Positions 9,917 through 20,708 of a DNA stretch of 36,786 bases are shown one piece after another (positions within the stretch are counted from its first letter, which is position 1; each line of letters begins with the position of its first letter). Where the stretch lies: positions 1-36,786 of the forward strand of contig NIVC01002715.1 in the NCBI GenBank assembly GCA_002269645.1, given 5' to 3'. Origin of the DNA: Macrostomum lignano (lineage: Eukaryota). The position numbers were made by a program, and so were the translations under genes. The notes beneath the pieces are model-generated. The model did no database searches. It was not told the origin of the DNA and saw only the letters and a list, made by a program, of their open reading frames with translations.

Positions 9917-12900
9917 TCAAAGCTTCAGCTCAGAACCGATCATTTGTTGCCACATTGCTCCTGCTAGCTGCCACTTTCGCTGCAGTTCCTCCGTCAGCCA
10001 TCGGGGAAGCGCCACATTCAAACTGAGCAGCTTCTCAAAAATGAGCAGATCCGTTTTGGGCTGGACAGAAAACAGGGCAGCAACCAGCAGCTCCTGAATA
10101 TCCGCGTCCTCCCGCTCAGCCACAGATTGGATCCAGGCCTTGGCATGGCGGACTTCGCTGTCGGGTAGCAGCTCAAGTCTCAAGGCCCACAGCAGTGCAT
10201 CGAAGTTTAAGTAGAAATAATCTGCGCCACTATGAAATTTGAGCGGGAAACACTTGATCAGAACTCCAGTTAAAAAAATTAATTTTGGGCGCCTTTCGAA
10301 CTCGAAGCAGAACTTCCACGCGGAGTCCCGGCTCCTCAGATGCCACCACACAAACTCCGTGGTCGCCTCGGTCGCCGACCTCTCAGCGGACCAAGCGATG
10401 CCTCTGCTCACCGAGAGGCCTCTGCACTGGCTCACGATTCTCTCTGCAGTTCCTCGGTAGCCGAACTTCAGGCAGGCCAGCGCTCTGAGAGCCTCCCGAG
10501 CTGAGCCGGTGCAGTCTGGCAGTCTGGCAATCAGCTCTGTGAGCGACTCCTGAGACAGCGGGCTGCAGTCACCATGGGAGAGACGCACCAGACACTCCCT
10601 CACCACGTCGTAGATCTCGTGGTACTCGACAGTGTTTGAGTTTGGCAAAGACCTCAAAACTAAAACTGGCAGGGTTTGGAACGGGTGGAAGTAGAATATC
10701 CCAGACTCATCCACAGGTCTCAGACTGCTCATGAACTGCTGCAGCAGCTGAGGCAGCCGATCAATCACTGTTCTCAGTGTGCTCGCGATGCTGCCCAGAG
10801 TCTGGTCCATGCTTCCGTCTTTCCCCACTGCACCCTTGAGGTACACAGCGACGTCGCTCAGGAAGAAGTGCTCCATGATCCGGCCGTGAGCATTGTCGGG
10901 CGAGCGACTGCTCTCCACACAGTCAAGCAGCATCTGCAGAGACCTCCTCACGAGACTCACGAGGTTCTCCGGCTTCCACTGTTCGACCGGCGTCTCCTCC
11001 ACCATTCGGAACGTGATGGACTTCACATGGTACGGCTTGAGGCCTTGCTGGTTGAAGCCGTCCTTGCTGCAGATGACCTTCTTGACCAGGTACTTAAGAG
11101 TGACGAACAGCTGGCCTTGGAGAGTAGTGAGACTTCTGAGCATCCGCTTCTCCAGGAAGCTGGTGCTCACACGGAGCTCCTGGCCTCCTCGACTAGGAGA
11201 GGCTGCGTGCACCACGTGACAGGGCGTTGAGTCAGAGTCGACAACCCTCTGGAGGGCCTGCAGCACCGGCTTTGGGATGTTCGATCGGGAGATTCGATGG
11301 GGCTGGAGAGGCGCGATGGGCGGGTAGCGGCAGCAGCGGCCAGCAGAAACCCTGTCCATGGCTGGCCTCAGTGCCGAACCGTCTGACGGCAGAGCAGGAT
11401 TCGATGCTGCAATGGCAGTATGAGATGCATCGTAATTGACGCATTGCATGAAAATGAATCTAATATAATTACTTCAATAATTTGTTATAATTACTAAGAA
11501 AAACCTGGCAGTCGTCGATTTTGTTAAGCTGCCAAACCAAAGCAAGGATTAATTCATCATCTTTTATTCAAATAGAATTGAAACTCACAGTATCCTTTAC
11601 ACTGAAGATGCCCATTGCTCAACTCATGCTGGACTGGATGTCCGCTGCACTTGCATATGCCTGTCGGGTGGTACAGCTTTCCAGGAATCAGCTCCATCAC
11701 ATCAATGTCTGAAGCGACGTCAGTTCTGCCGTCCAGTGTTTTCAGATTGTTTCCCCAGCCTTCAGAGTAGCTGCCAACCACAAAGCGCTTGTCGTAATCC
11801 TGCCTCCTTCTCAGGATCTCCTGCAAGACGTCGGCAACTGCGCTCTGCAAAGCGGCTCTGGAGTCCACAAATCCTGCATGAATAAGCATCGAGTGCAGCT
11901 GCAGGCCAAGTGGATTGCTTGGATTGTCTCTGAAATCGCGTATGGTTAATTTTTTATGTGATTTTAGATACATTTCGATCCTATGCTTCAAGTTTGACTC
12001 GTTTTTTTTAAATCCAACTTTACCTGATCTCAGAAATCGATAAATCTGCTTCGTGCAAATTTTCATCCAGTGAGCAAACAGATTTACTCATGTCTGCCTG
12101 TGCCAGCATGAGCAATCTAACGACATGTCGGTGACCCTTCAGTGATGCAATCTGTAGAGGCGAGCAGCCGTCGTTTCGCTGAAGATTTACGTCAGCCTGG
12201 GCTTTTATGAGTAAATCTACGATTTCTTGATGGCCTCTGCGTGCCGCAATGAACAGAGGCGTTTCGCCTGCGTTACTTTGAACATTGACGTTGGCTTGTG
12301 CTCTGATGAGCAAAACCACTACTTGCTGGTGGCCATTGTGGGATGCAATGTGGAGTGGCGAAGTTCCGTTTTGAAGTTGGAAATCAACGTTGGCACTCGT
12401 TCTGAGGAGTGACGTCACAACTTGCTGATGTCCATTTTGTGATGCCACAAAGAGAGACGACTCACCGGTTTTTCTTGAAAGATTAACATCGGCTTTGGCT
12501 TCTATGAGCAAATGGACAACTTGGAGATGACTCAGATGAAGGCAATGTATAGAGGCGACTCGCCCGAGTTTCGTTGGAGATTAACATCTGCTTGGGCTTT
12601 GATGAGCACTTCTACCACTAGCTGATGACCATTCTGTGAAGCAATGTAAAGAGGGGACTCTCCAGTGTTGAGTTGAAGATTGACGTTGGCTTGTGATTTT
12701 ACGAGCAATGTCACCACACGATGATGACCATTCTGTGAAGCAATATAGATAGGTGACTCGCCAGTGTCTCTTTGAAAATTAACATCTGCTTTTGCAGTGA
12801 TGAGTGACTCGGCAATTTCGCTATGACCCTCATGCGACGCTATATAAAGCGGCGACTCGCCAGTGTCTCTTCGAGTATTGACGTCTGCTTGCGCTTTGAT

Positions 12901-14493
12901 GAGCAAGTCTACGACTCTTTTGTTATTATTTTGCGACGCAATGTATATGGGTGAGCATCTGTCGGTCTGTTGAAGATTGATATCAGCCTGGGCTTTGATG
13001 ACGGAGTTAACTATTTGGTGATGTCCATTTTGCGAAGCAAGAAAGAGAGGCGAGCAGCCATAAATATCTTCTTGGAGATTGACATCTGCTTGAGCCTTTA
13101 TCAGCGAGTCAACGATTTGATGGTGGCCTTTGTGAGACGCAATTATCAGAGCTGTTTCACCCGTGTTTCGCTGATGATTAACGTCGGCTTGCGCTTTTAT
13201 TAGTGAGTCCACGACTTTGCGATGACCGTTCTGCGATGCGATGTAGAGTGGTGACGAGCCATTAACGATCTCTTGACGATCGATGTGTGCCTGCGCCTTA
13301 ATGAGGGATCCAGCAATTCGTTGATGACCGTTCTGCGATGCAATATGAAGTGGGGAAATTCCGTCCCTATTTTGAAGATCGATATCGACTAAAGCAGTTA
13401 TGAGTAAATCCAGCACTTCCTGATGACCTTGTTGGGACGCAATGTAGAGAGCTGATGAGCCATTTACTCGCTCCTGAAGATTGACGTCGGCTTGCGCTTT
13501 AATGAGCGAGGTCACTACCTGCCAATGCCCCTGTTGTGCTGCGATGTACATAGGCGAGCAGCCATGAATGTTTTTCAGATTGACGTCCGCTTTTCCTTTA
13601 ACAAGCGATTCAACTATTTTCCGATGACCTTTGTGCGATGCGATGAAGACTGCCGATTCACCGGTACTGATTTGAAGGTCGACTTCCACTTGCGCTTTAA
13701 TAAGCGAGTCGACAATTTGGTCATAGCCTCGAATCGATGCAATATGGAGAGTTGATGGACTATTTGAATTCTTTCGAAGATTGGGATCGGCTTGCGCTTT
13801 GATAAGCAGATCGACTACTCGCTGATGACCGCTCTGGCACGCGATGAAGAGCGGTGACACCCCGCTGTCTCTTTGGAGATTGACGTCAGCTTGTGCCTTG
13901 ATGAGCGAGTCCACAACTTTTGCGTGGCCACTCTGTGCAGCGATATACAGCGGTGTGGTGCCATCGAAAAGTTGAAGGTTGACATCGGCGCGTGCTTTGA
14001 TGAGCGATTCAACGACCTTCTGGTGACCACAATGAGATGCTATTGTGAGAGGTGTGTCGCCAGTGTTTTGTTGAATATCTACATCAGCTCCCCCTTTAAT
14101 GAGTCGATCCACAATTTGCTGATGACCATTCTGGGATGCAATAATAAGAGGTGAAAAGCCGTTGACTTGATCTTGAAGATTGACACCAGCTTTAGCTCTG
14201 ACAAACATATCCACCACACGAACCTTGCCAAGAGCGCAGGCCAGATGCAGTGGGTAGAACCTTTGCCCACTCAAGGAAAGTTTTCTTGTTCTGTTAGCTG
14301 GATTTTTCAGGTAAAGCGCGATGCGCTCGAGGTCTTCAGTGTTGACCGCCTCGAGAACTTCTTCGTCGGTCATTTCTGATGCTCCATCCTGAGAGGCAGC
14401 CCTACCAAGGACTGCATCAGCAGCACAGCAACAGTTCTGAGGGTCGTCCAGAGTGACTTCATGAAGTGAGCTTTTCGAATTGGAGTCGCACAA
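9917..14493 (-). CDS. Ankyrin-repeat / cGAS-like (Mab-21 family) nucleotidyltransferase fusion, ANK-cGLR. Exons ~14493(or ATG 14373)-12024, 11929-11589, 11406-9917; one frameshift at ~12537
   Basis: 22 ANK repeats (PLxIASxxGH). Intron 12023-11930 (AG|GTAAAG...TTTCAG) joins EIR to DNPSNP in frame. Intron 11588-11407 (GTGAGT...TTGCAG) joins KGY to SSNPALP in frame. NTase motif VGSYSEGWG...SDIDVM and third acidic residue in MDRVSA. Mab-21 motifs RVSTSFLEKRML, LKPYHVKSITF and MEHFFL. AATAAA lies ~30 nt after the stop. Confidence 0.85.
11589..11929 (-). other. Exon encoding the NTase catalytic core of ANK-cGLR
   Basis: GSYSEG...SDID motif, flanked by consensus splice sites in compatible phases (2 and 1). 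Confidence 0.82.
12024..14493 (-). other. Ankyrin-array exon of ANK-cGLR (22 repeats; 1-nt frameshift inside repeat 18)
   Basis: ORF 12532-14493 ends PLYIAFI*. The shifted frame continues SHLQVVHLLIEAKADVN into ORF 12020-12511, and one added base restores the 33-aa periodicity. The track start at 14493 is TTG just after a possible acceptor AG; the first ATG is 14373. Confidence 0.88.
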
Positions 14494-15679
14494 CTTGTTT
14501 TTCGAGTGGAAAAAAAGAAAGGCGTGCCTTTTCTGTCACACTATTATCTAAATAGTTAGAACTTCCAGTCTAGGAATGCTCGCTATACACACTCTCTACC
14601 CTCATGATTGCACAATGCAGTGGAGGGACGAGCGGACATGTAAAATGTGGATGTGCAGTCATTTTCTTCACCTTACTACTTTTTACACCCGTTTCCATAG
14701 CCGTCCGTCCTGTTCTTTTATGTAGCTATATGGAAAGGGAATCTACAAATTTAGTTACTCATCGATCGGTTACGGTTTTCTTGGACTGTACTGCTTCTTC
14801 GTGCGTTGCAGCGTTTTTTTATAGTAAGTACATTCCTAGTTATTTTTACTCTACTCTGAGCGAGAATGTTTTCCCCAGCTTGTACGCTTGTACAGTAGGT
14901 AAAGTCTACCAAAGCACAATAAGCAGTTCTTGTACAATTAAATTTCTAACCAATTTTCTCCCTCTGTCGGCCTTATTGGCTGACTGACTTCTCTCTGCAT
15001 AGGTCAGTCTATAAGAACGCCTACTTTCATGTAGAAGACGATTTATTAATGTCTATGGCCTCCCACAGCCAAGGAAAGTTGATACTTTGGTTTCAGACAA
15101 GCGATTTGCATTATCCCTTCATCCATGCCGCACTCAGACCAGACAAACGTTGTTTAGAGCCAGCTACACCGCGGACAGATCAACAGACGCAATTGAAATC
15201 CGAAATGCAAGCAAGTTCGGAGCTCAAGGAATTGCAAATATTGTACTATCTCATGGTGTTCAGTGCGCAGGCCTTCTTCATCATGGTGGTCAGTGTGCTA
15301 TTCTTCAGTGTTTCAGTAGTAGTACTCAGTCCGAACATTGAGTCCGATTAGAAACTGTGCAATCTACAGAGCCCCTGGCATAAGCAGTCACAGGTTATAT
15401 GAAGCTTTTAAGCAAATTCGTTCTCATTAGTCATTTGTTCTTGTTTTTTAATGTCTCCAGTCTATTACGGATTATTCAGTAAAAAACTAACGTACATTTG
15501 AAATAAATGCATGTATTTATTATTCATTAAAACGTAAAACAGGTTTCTCTTCGTTGTTTTAACTAATCAATTATAAGTTCGTTCTTTGGTCCTTACTTCA
15601 AGACTAGCAGATGTAGAATTCACTCATACATGCCAGGCTTTGGACACATCTGATGTATTGTGTAATTTGTGTATACTAG

Positions 15680-16712
15680 CTACACCTTTTACTTTCTATT
15701 TTGAAAAATCTGCACTTAATATTGACATATTTGCATTCAATTTTGACAGTCTGTGGTATCCCTTGTTGACATTTTCAACCTATTTTGACAAACCCAAATG
15801 CAATAATGACGAATTTCAACCAAAAATGACAAACTCCAACCTTTATTAACAATTTGCATTCAATTTTGACACTGGGTTACAAAATAGTGCCTTTTTCTCG
15901 CTGTCTATGGAACAAAACTTGCATATGTGCATCCATTTTTGACAAAGTGCATCCAAAAGTGACAGATTACATTACATTGTATTCAAGGGACTACTCAGGT
16001 GTTTGAGTAGTCCTTAATGGATTGCATTGCACACATTGAATTTTTTTCAGTTAAACCGCGCGTAATACAGTGATAATCAGTTTGGCAAGTCGTATTATGT
16101 TCTGTATGGCATGTCCGCGTGTCAACGCCATAGTTAGCGACGACGACCGGTTAACCCAGTAATTAACCGGTTAGAAAAAGTCGTGCCCGTGAGAATGGTG
16201 ACGACTTTTTTACCTGACTCGTACCTTGGGGATCAAAACAACCACAGCGTATGCCATTGTTAGAAGTGGACGAGTAGAAAAGCTGCTAAATGGAGATCAG
16301 CCGTTCAGATCACTCATGAGCGCATTGAAACTGTTGAATTGGTTGGGATCTGAGTGGGCTAGGGTTGATCTGAGCCATAATAGTCACTTTTGGATGCACT
16401 CTGTCAAAAATATGGATGCACGTATGCAAGTTTTGTTCCATAGACGGCGACGGCGAGACAAAGGCACTGTTTTGTAACCCAGTGTCAAAATTGAATGCAC
16501 ACTGTCAAAATTGCTTGCAAATTGTTAATAAAGGTTGCATGGAGTTTGTCATTTTCAGTTGAAATTCGTCACTATTGCATTTGGATTTGTCAAAAAAAAG
16601 GTTAAACATTTCAACAAACGATGTTAAGGATTGTCAAAATTGAATGCAAATATGTCGATATTGAGTGCAGATTTTTCAAAATTAAAGTAAAAAAGAAAGT
16701 AAAAAAGCGTAG
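15680..16712. mobile_element. Foldback/MITE-like element with long imperfect inverted arms (~15680-15893 and ~16461-16712) around a ~570 bp spacer
   Basis: TTTTGAAAAATCTGCAC...TTTGCATTCAATTTTGACACTGGGTTACAAAATAGTGCC on the left is mirrored by GGCACTGTTTTGTAACCCAGTGTCAAAATTGAATGCA...GTGCAGATTTTTCAAAA on the right. No transposase or clear TSD seen. Confidence 0.6.
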
Positions 16713-17480
16713 TCATAGTCGACTTAAATGTTCGGAGACCTATTAACCCATTTTTCGAGTAAACAGACGGTGACTTATTATAGGGAGACAATTAGCCGAC
16801 TTTGCGCTAGAGTTCAGGTGGGAAAATTAGCCCTTTATTATCAGAGTCTTTGTTTGAATTTGTCTTTCCAAGAAATGCCTTTCATAAAAAAGAAAGGCAC
16901 CAAAAATGTTAACTCTGAGGTGGGGGTAGAGAAAGTTTTCTTGGAAGGTTGGCGGGTTTGCTGACACCAATGAGGTGGGGCGGATTCCACGTTTGAATTC
17001 CCGCCAGCGTTGCGTTCGCACGAATAAATACGGAAATCGCGCAGACGAATCACAACGGAATTCTTTCTCCTGTTTTACTCCGACTGCTGGGGTCCTCAAG
17101 TTCCGGGGGGAGGATAGTCGTAATCGTAGCGGAGCGGTCGTGCAGCGGCGCGGTCGTTCAAATGGTAGACACCGAGATTTTGACACCGTAGATTAATGTG
17201 TCGATTTGCTGAGCTGGTTACTTTCCGTAGGGTAGAGCTGCCACCACCGTAATTTACGTATTACGGAACGAATAAGTCTCAGAAACTTTCTTTGAGCTGA
17301 GAACTTTTTTACGCCCCTCGGGCAAATGACTCAAGATAGGCTATGGCTTAACGTCAACGAATAATTAATGAGCGTAGCGATTACGGATCGGTTATTTTTG
17401 TGGCTATTAATTTATTTGAGATGTTATTGTAGCAGGCTAGTAGACGGCATGAGGGGGCTTCTGGGACAAAATTTTTCACC

Positions 17481-19330
17481 TCCTCCATAATCCACCTAAA
17501 TCCATCCATATTATCCCTGACAGAATCAGAAAAAAAGGGGGGTCGCACTCGCTAACAAAACGTCCTCCATAATCCACCTAAATCCATCCATATTATCCCT
17601 GACAGAATCAGAAAAAAAGGGGGGTCGCACTCGCTAACAAAACCTCCTCCATAATCCACCTAAATCCATCCATATTATCCCTGACAGAATCAGAAAAAAA
17701 GGGGGGTCGCACTCGCTAACAAAACGTCCTCCATAATCCACCTAAATCCATCCATATTATCCCTGACAGAATCAGAAAAAAAGGGGGGTCGCACTCGCTA
17801 ACAAAACGTCCTCCATAATCCACCTAAATCCATCCATATTATCCCTGACAGAATCAGAAAAAAAGGGGGGTCGCACTCGCTAACAAAACGTCCTCCATAA
17901 TCCACCTAAATCCATCCATATTATCCCTGACAGAATCAGAAAAAAAGGGGGGTCGCACTCGCTAACAAAACGTCCTCCATAATCCACCTAAATCCATCCA
18001 TATTATCCCTGACAGAATCAGAAAAAAAGGGGGGTCGCACTCGCTAACAAAACGTCCTCCATAATCCACCTAAATCCATCCATATTATCCCTGACAGAAT
18101 CAGAAAAAAAGGGGGGTCGCACTCGCTAACAAAACGTCCTCCATAATCCACCTAAATCCATCCATATTATCCCTGACAGAATCATAAAAAAAGGGGGTTC
18201 GCACTCGCTAACAAAACGTCCTCCATAATCCACCTAAATCCATCCATATTATCCCTGACAGAATCAGAAAAAAAGGGGGGTCGCACTCGCTAACAAAACG
18301 TCCTCCATAATCCACCTAAATCCATCCATATTATCCCTGACAGAATCAGAAAAAAAGGGGGGTCGCACTCGCTAACAAAACGTCCTCCATAATCCACCTA
18401 AATCCATCCATATTATCCCTGACAGAATCAGAAAAAAAGGGGGGTCGCACTCGCTAACAAAACGTCCTCCATAATCCACCTAAATCCATCCATATTATCC
18501 CTGACAGAATCAGAAAAAAAGGGGGGTCGCACTCGCTAACAAAACGTCCTCCATAATCCACCTAAATCCATCCATATTATCCCTGACAGAATCAGAAAAA
18601 AAGGGGGTCGCACTCGCTAACAAAACGTCCTCCATAATCCACCTAAATCCATCCATATTATCCCTGACAGAATCAGAAAAAAAGGGGGGTCGCACTCGCT
18701 AACAAAACGTCCTCCATAATCCACCTAAATCCATCCATATTATCCCTGACAGAATCAGAAAAAAAGGGGGGTCGCACTCGCTAACAAAACGTCCTCCATA
18801 ATCCACCTAAATCCATCCATATTATCCCTGACAGAATCAGGGGGGTCGCACTCGCTAACAAAACGTCCTCCATAATCCACCTAAATCCATCCATATTATC
18901 CCTCAGGTCGGGGTCGACACTCGCTAACACGCTAACACCTCCATCCATATTATCCCTGACAGAATCAGAAAAAAAGGGGGGTCGCACTCGCTAACAAAAC
19001 GTCCTCCATAATCCCATTAAATCCATCCATATTATCCCTGACAGAATCAGAAAAAAGGGGGGTCGCACCTGCTCACAAAACATCGTCCATAATCCCATTA
19101 AATCCATCCATATTATCCCCGACAGAATAAAAAAAAAGGGGGTCGCACTCGCTCACAAAACATCCTCCATAATCCCATTAAATCCATCCATATTATCCCC
19201 GACAGAATAAGAAAAAAAGGGGGGTCGCACCCGCTCACAAAACGTCCTCCATAATCCCATTAAATCTATCTATATTATCCCCGACAGAATCTTGAAAAAG
19301 GGGAGGGGTTGCACTTGATCCGAAAACTTT
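17481..19330. repeat. 82-bp tandem array inside the left TIR, ~22 copies
   Basis: Unit TCCTCCATAATCCACCTAAATCCATCCATATTATCCCTGACAGAATCAGAAAAAAAGGGGGGTCGCACTCGCTAACAAAACG, with starts at 17481, 17563, 17645 and onward. Confidence 0.95.
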
Positions 19331-19576
19331 AATCCCATTAAATCCATCCATATTATGACTGACAGAATATGGGAATATGGGTCCACTGACACCTGTTATG
19401 CTCACTGACACTGACATAATCCACTGACATCCACCCATAGCATCTTCGAAACAATCAGAAAATAATCTGCATTCTTCTCCCCACATTCAATCCGCAACGT
19501 GCGACCAGATCCCTAAGACTTTAAATCATCAGCGCAGGGTCCTCACCCTTTAAAAAAAATTAAATTTTCTCTAAAA

Positions 19577-19816
19577 ATGTTTCCAGTTGTCTCTCCAGGT
19601 TCTTATTACAAAGCGCACGAGCCTAATTACAAGAGTAAGTACCGATGCAAACTAGAATGCAGCGAGTACATGAGAAAATATTGGCCCGACGTTGATATCA
19701 ATGTCCCTAATATTAATCTAGCTCTCCAAAGACACTGGTTTCATAAGTATGGAGTAACCTACGTAAAAGATTACGACAGCTACTATAACTTTGTAGAAAT
19801 CATTAGACAATTGTGA
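19577..19816 (+). CDS. ORF79, Tyr-rich 79-aa hypothetical protein encoded in the TIR (copy 1)
   Basis: Intact in both TIRs. The copies differ by 4 synonymous changes and 3 conservative amino-acid changes (V/A, V/A, R/K). Confidence 0.65.
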   Translation: MFPVVSPGSYYKAHEPNYKSKYRCKLECSEYMRKYWPDVDINVPNINLALQRHWFHKYGVTYVKDYDSYYNFVEIIRQL

Positions 19817-19820
19817 TTTC

Positions 19821-20683
19821 TTACATTCTTTCAATGATCAACGTCAATACAAACTCTTCCCATTAAAATCAACGCCCATCCCATCTTCAGTCTCAAACTG
19901 TAGCACAATCTCGTGAATCTCCTTATTACTCAATACAACTCTTTTCACTGGATTTGGTTTCTCTACCACCATCTGTCCTCCAGCTACAGAGTTGGAGATG
20001 TTGTACAAAATATTAGTTCGCTTTCCCTTAAATACCCAATCAAGACTGAGATTAGTTCTGATTAGAATATTCAAACCCTTTACAATGTCTGCTATATTGG
20101 GTGCTAAGAACAAACCGCGTACACTTTCCCGGGCCATGCTAACGGCCCCCGATGCTTGAGTGACAGTCCGCGCTGTGGATTCTGCCTTATAAACTTTCTT
20201 CACGAATCCCAATTCCCTATACCAAGTGTCATCTTTAAACTCAACCTCCGCATCTTTGTGAACTTGCATGACCACTCTCATTACAGTGAGATCATAGGTT
20301 AGTTTAACAGGGAACAGTTTCTTCTCTGGCTTACTCATATCAGGTGTCTCAAAATGGCCTCTTTTAGTAAAGACGTTTTCTAGAAAGTAATTGTAGGTAT
20401 CCACACTTTGCGTGCTCACAGGGAATACCACAGGTTCTGCTGCTGCACCTTTCCATTTGTAATAAAACTTATTATTTGCTGCCGTCACATTGGGAACGTT
20501 TGACCAACCAGTGAAGTCGTTAAGATAGACATGGTAATTAGCACCTGGATCCAGGCGAATCGCCTGCTCTAATTTTTCAACAAACATCCCGTTTGAGTCA
20601 TTAATTCGCCCAGTTATTGTAATAGGAATGCTCTCCTTGGAGTGTGAAACAATGTTGTTTAGTCTTTCGGCTATAGCTTCCAT
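19821..20683 (-). CDS. Minor capsid protein (penton, Polinton PX); 1-nt frameshift near the C-terminus
   Basis: Penton-like motifs IRLDP..YHVYL, WSNVPNVTAANNKFYY, TNILYNI, EKP..V, IHEIVLQF.TEDG..VDFNG. The duplicate in the right TIR shows the intact end GEEFVLTLIIERM*, placing the stop at 19821-19823. Confidence 0.82.
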
Positions 20684-20708
20684 TTTTTTTCACCCACAAA
20701 AAAAATAT

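Larger units (their letters stand above)
17439..19990 (+). repeat. Left TIR (~2.55 kb, including the 82-bp array, ORF79 and the penton 3' end)
   Basis: Inverse match to 34490-35362 apart from tandem copy number. Confidence 0.88.

Noticed and set aside
11557-12066. Stand-alone 169-aa NTase gene, or a bacterial CBASS-like operon
   Set aside because: Its first ~45 and last ~10 codons are intronic by consensus splice sites. The introns and ANK fusion indicate one eukaryotic gene.
15049-15351. 100-aa ORF with a hydrophobic C-terminus after a TATAA-like motif
   Set aside because: No recognisable motif or other support; ORFs of this length arise by chance.
16827-17196. Overlapping 70-119 aa ORFs left of the Polinton
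   Set aside because: No domain signal and mutually overlapping; not assignable.
18510-19486. ORFs in the 82-bp array (also 35094-35366)
   Set aside because: Repeat translations whose length depends on homopolymer variation.
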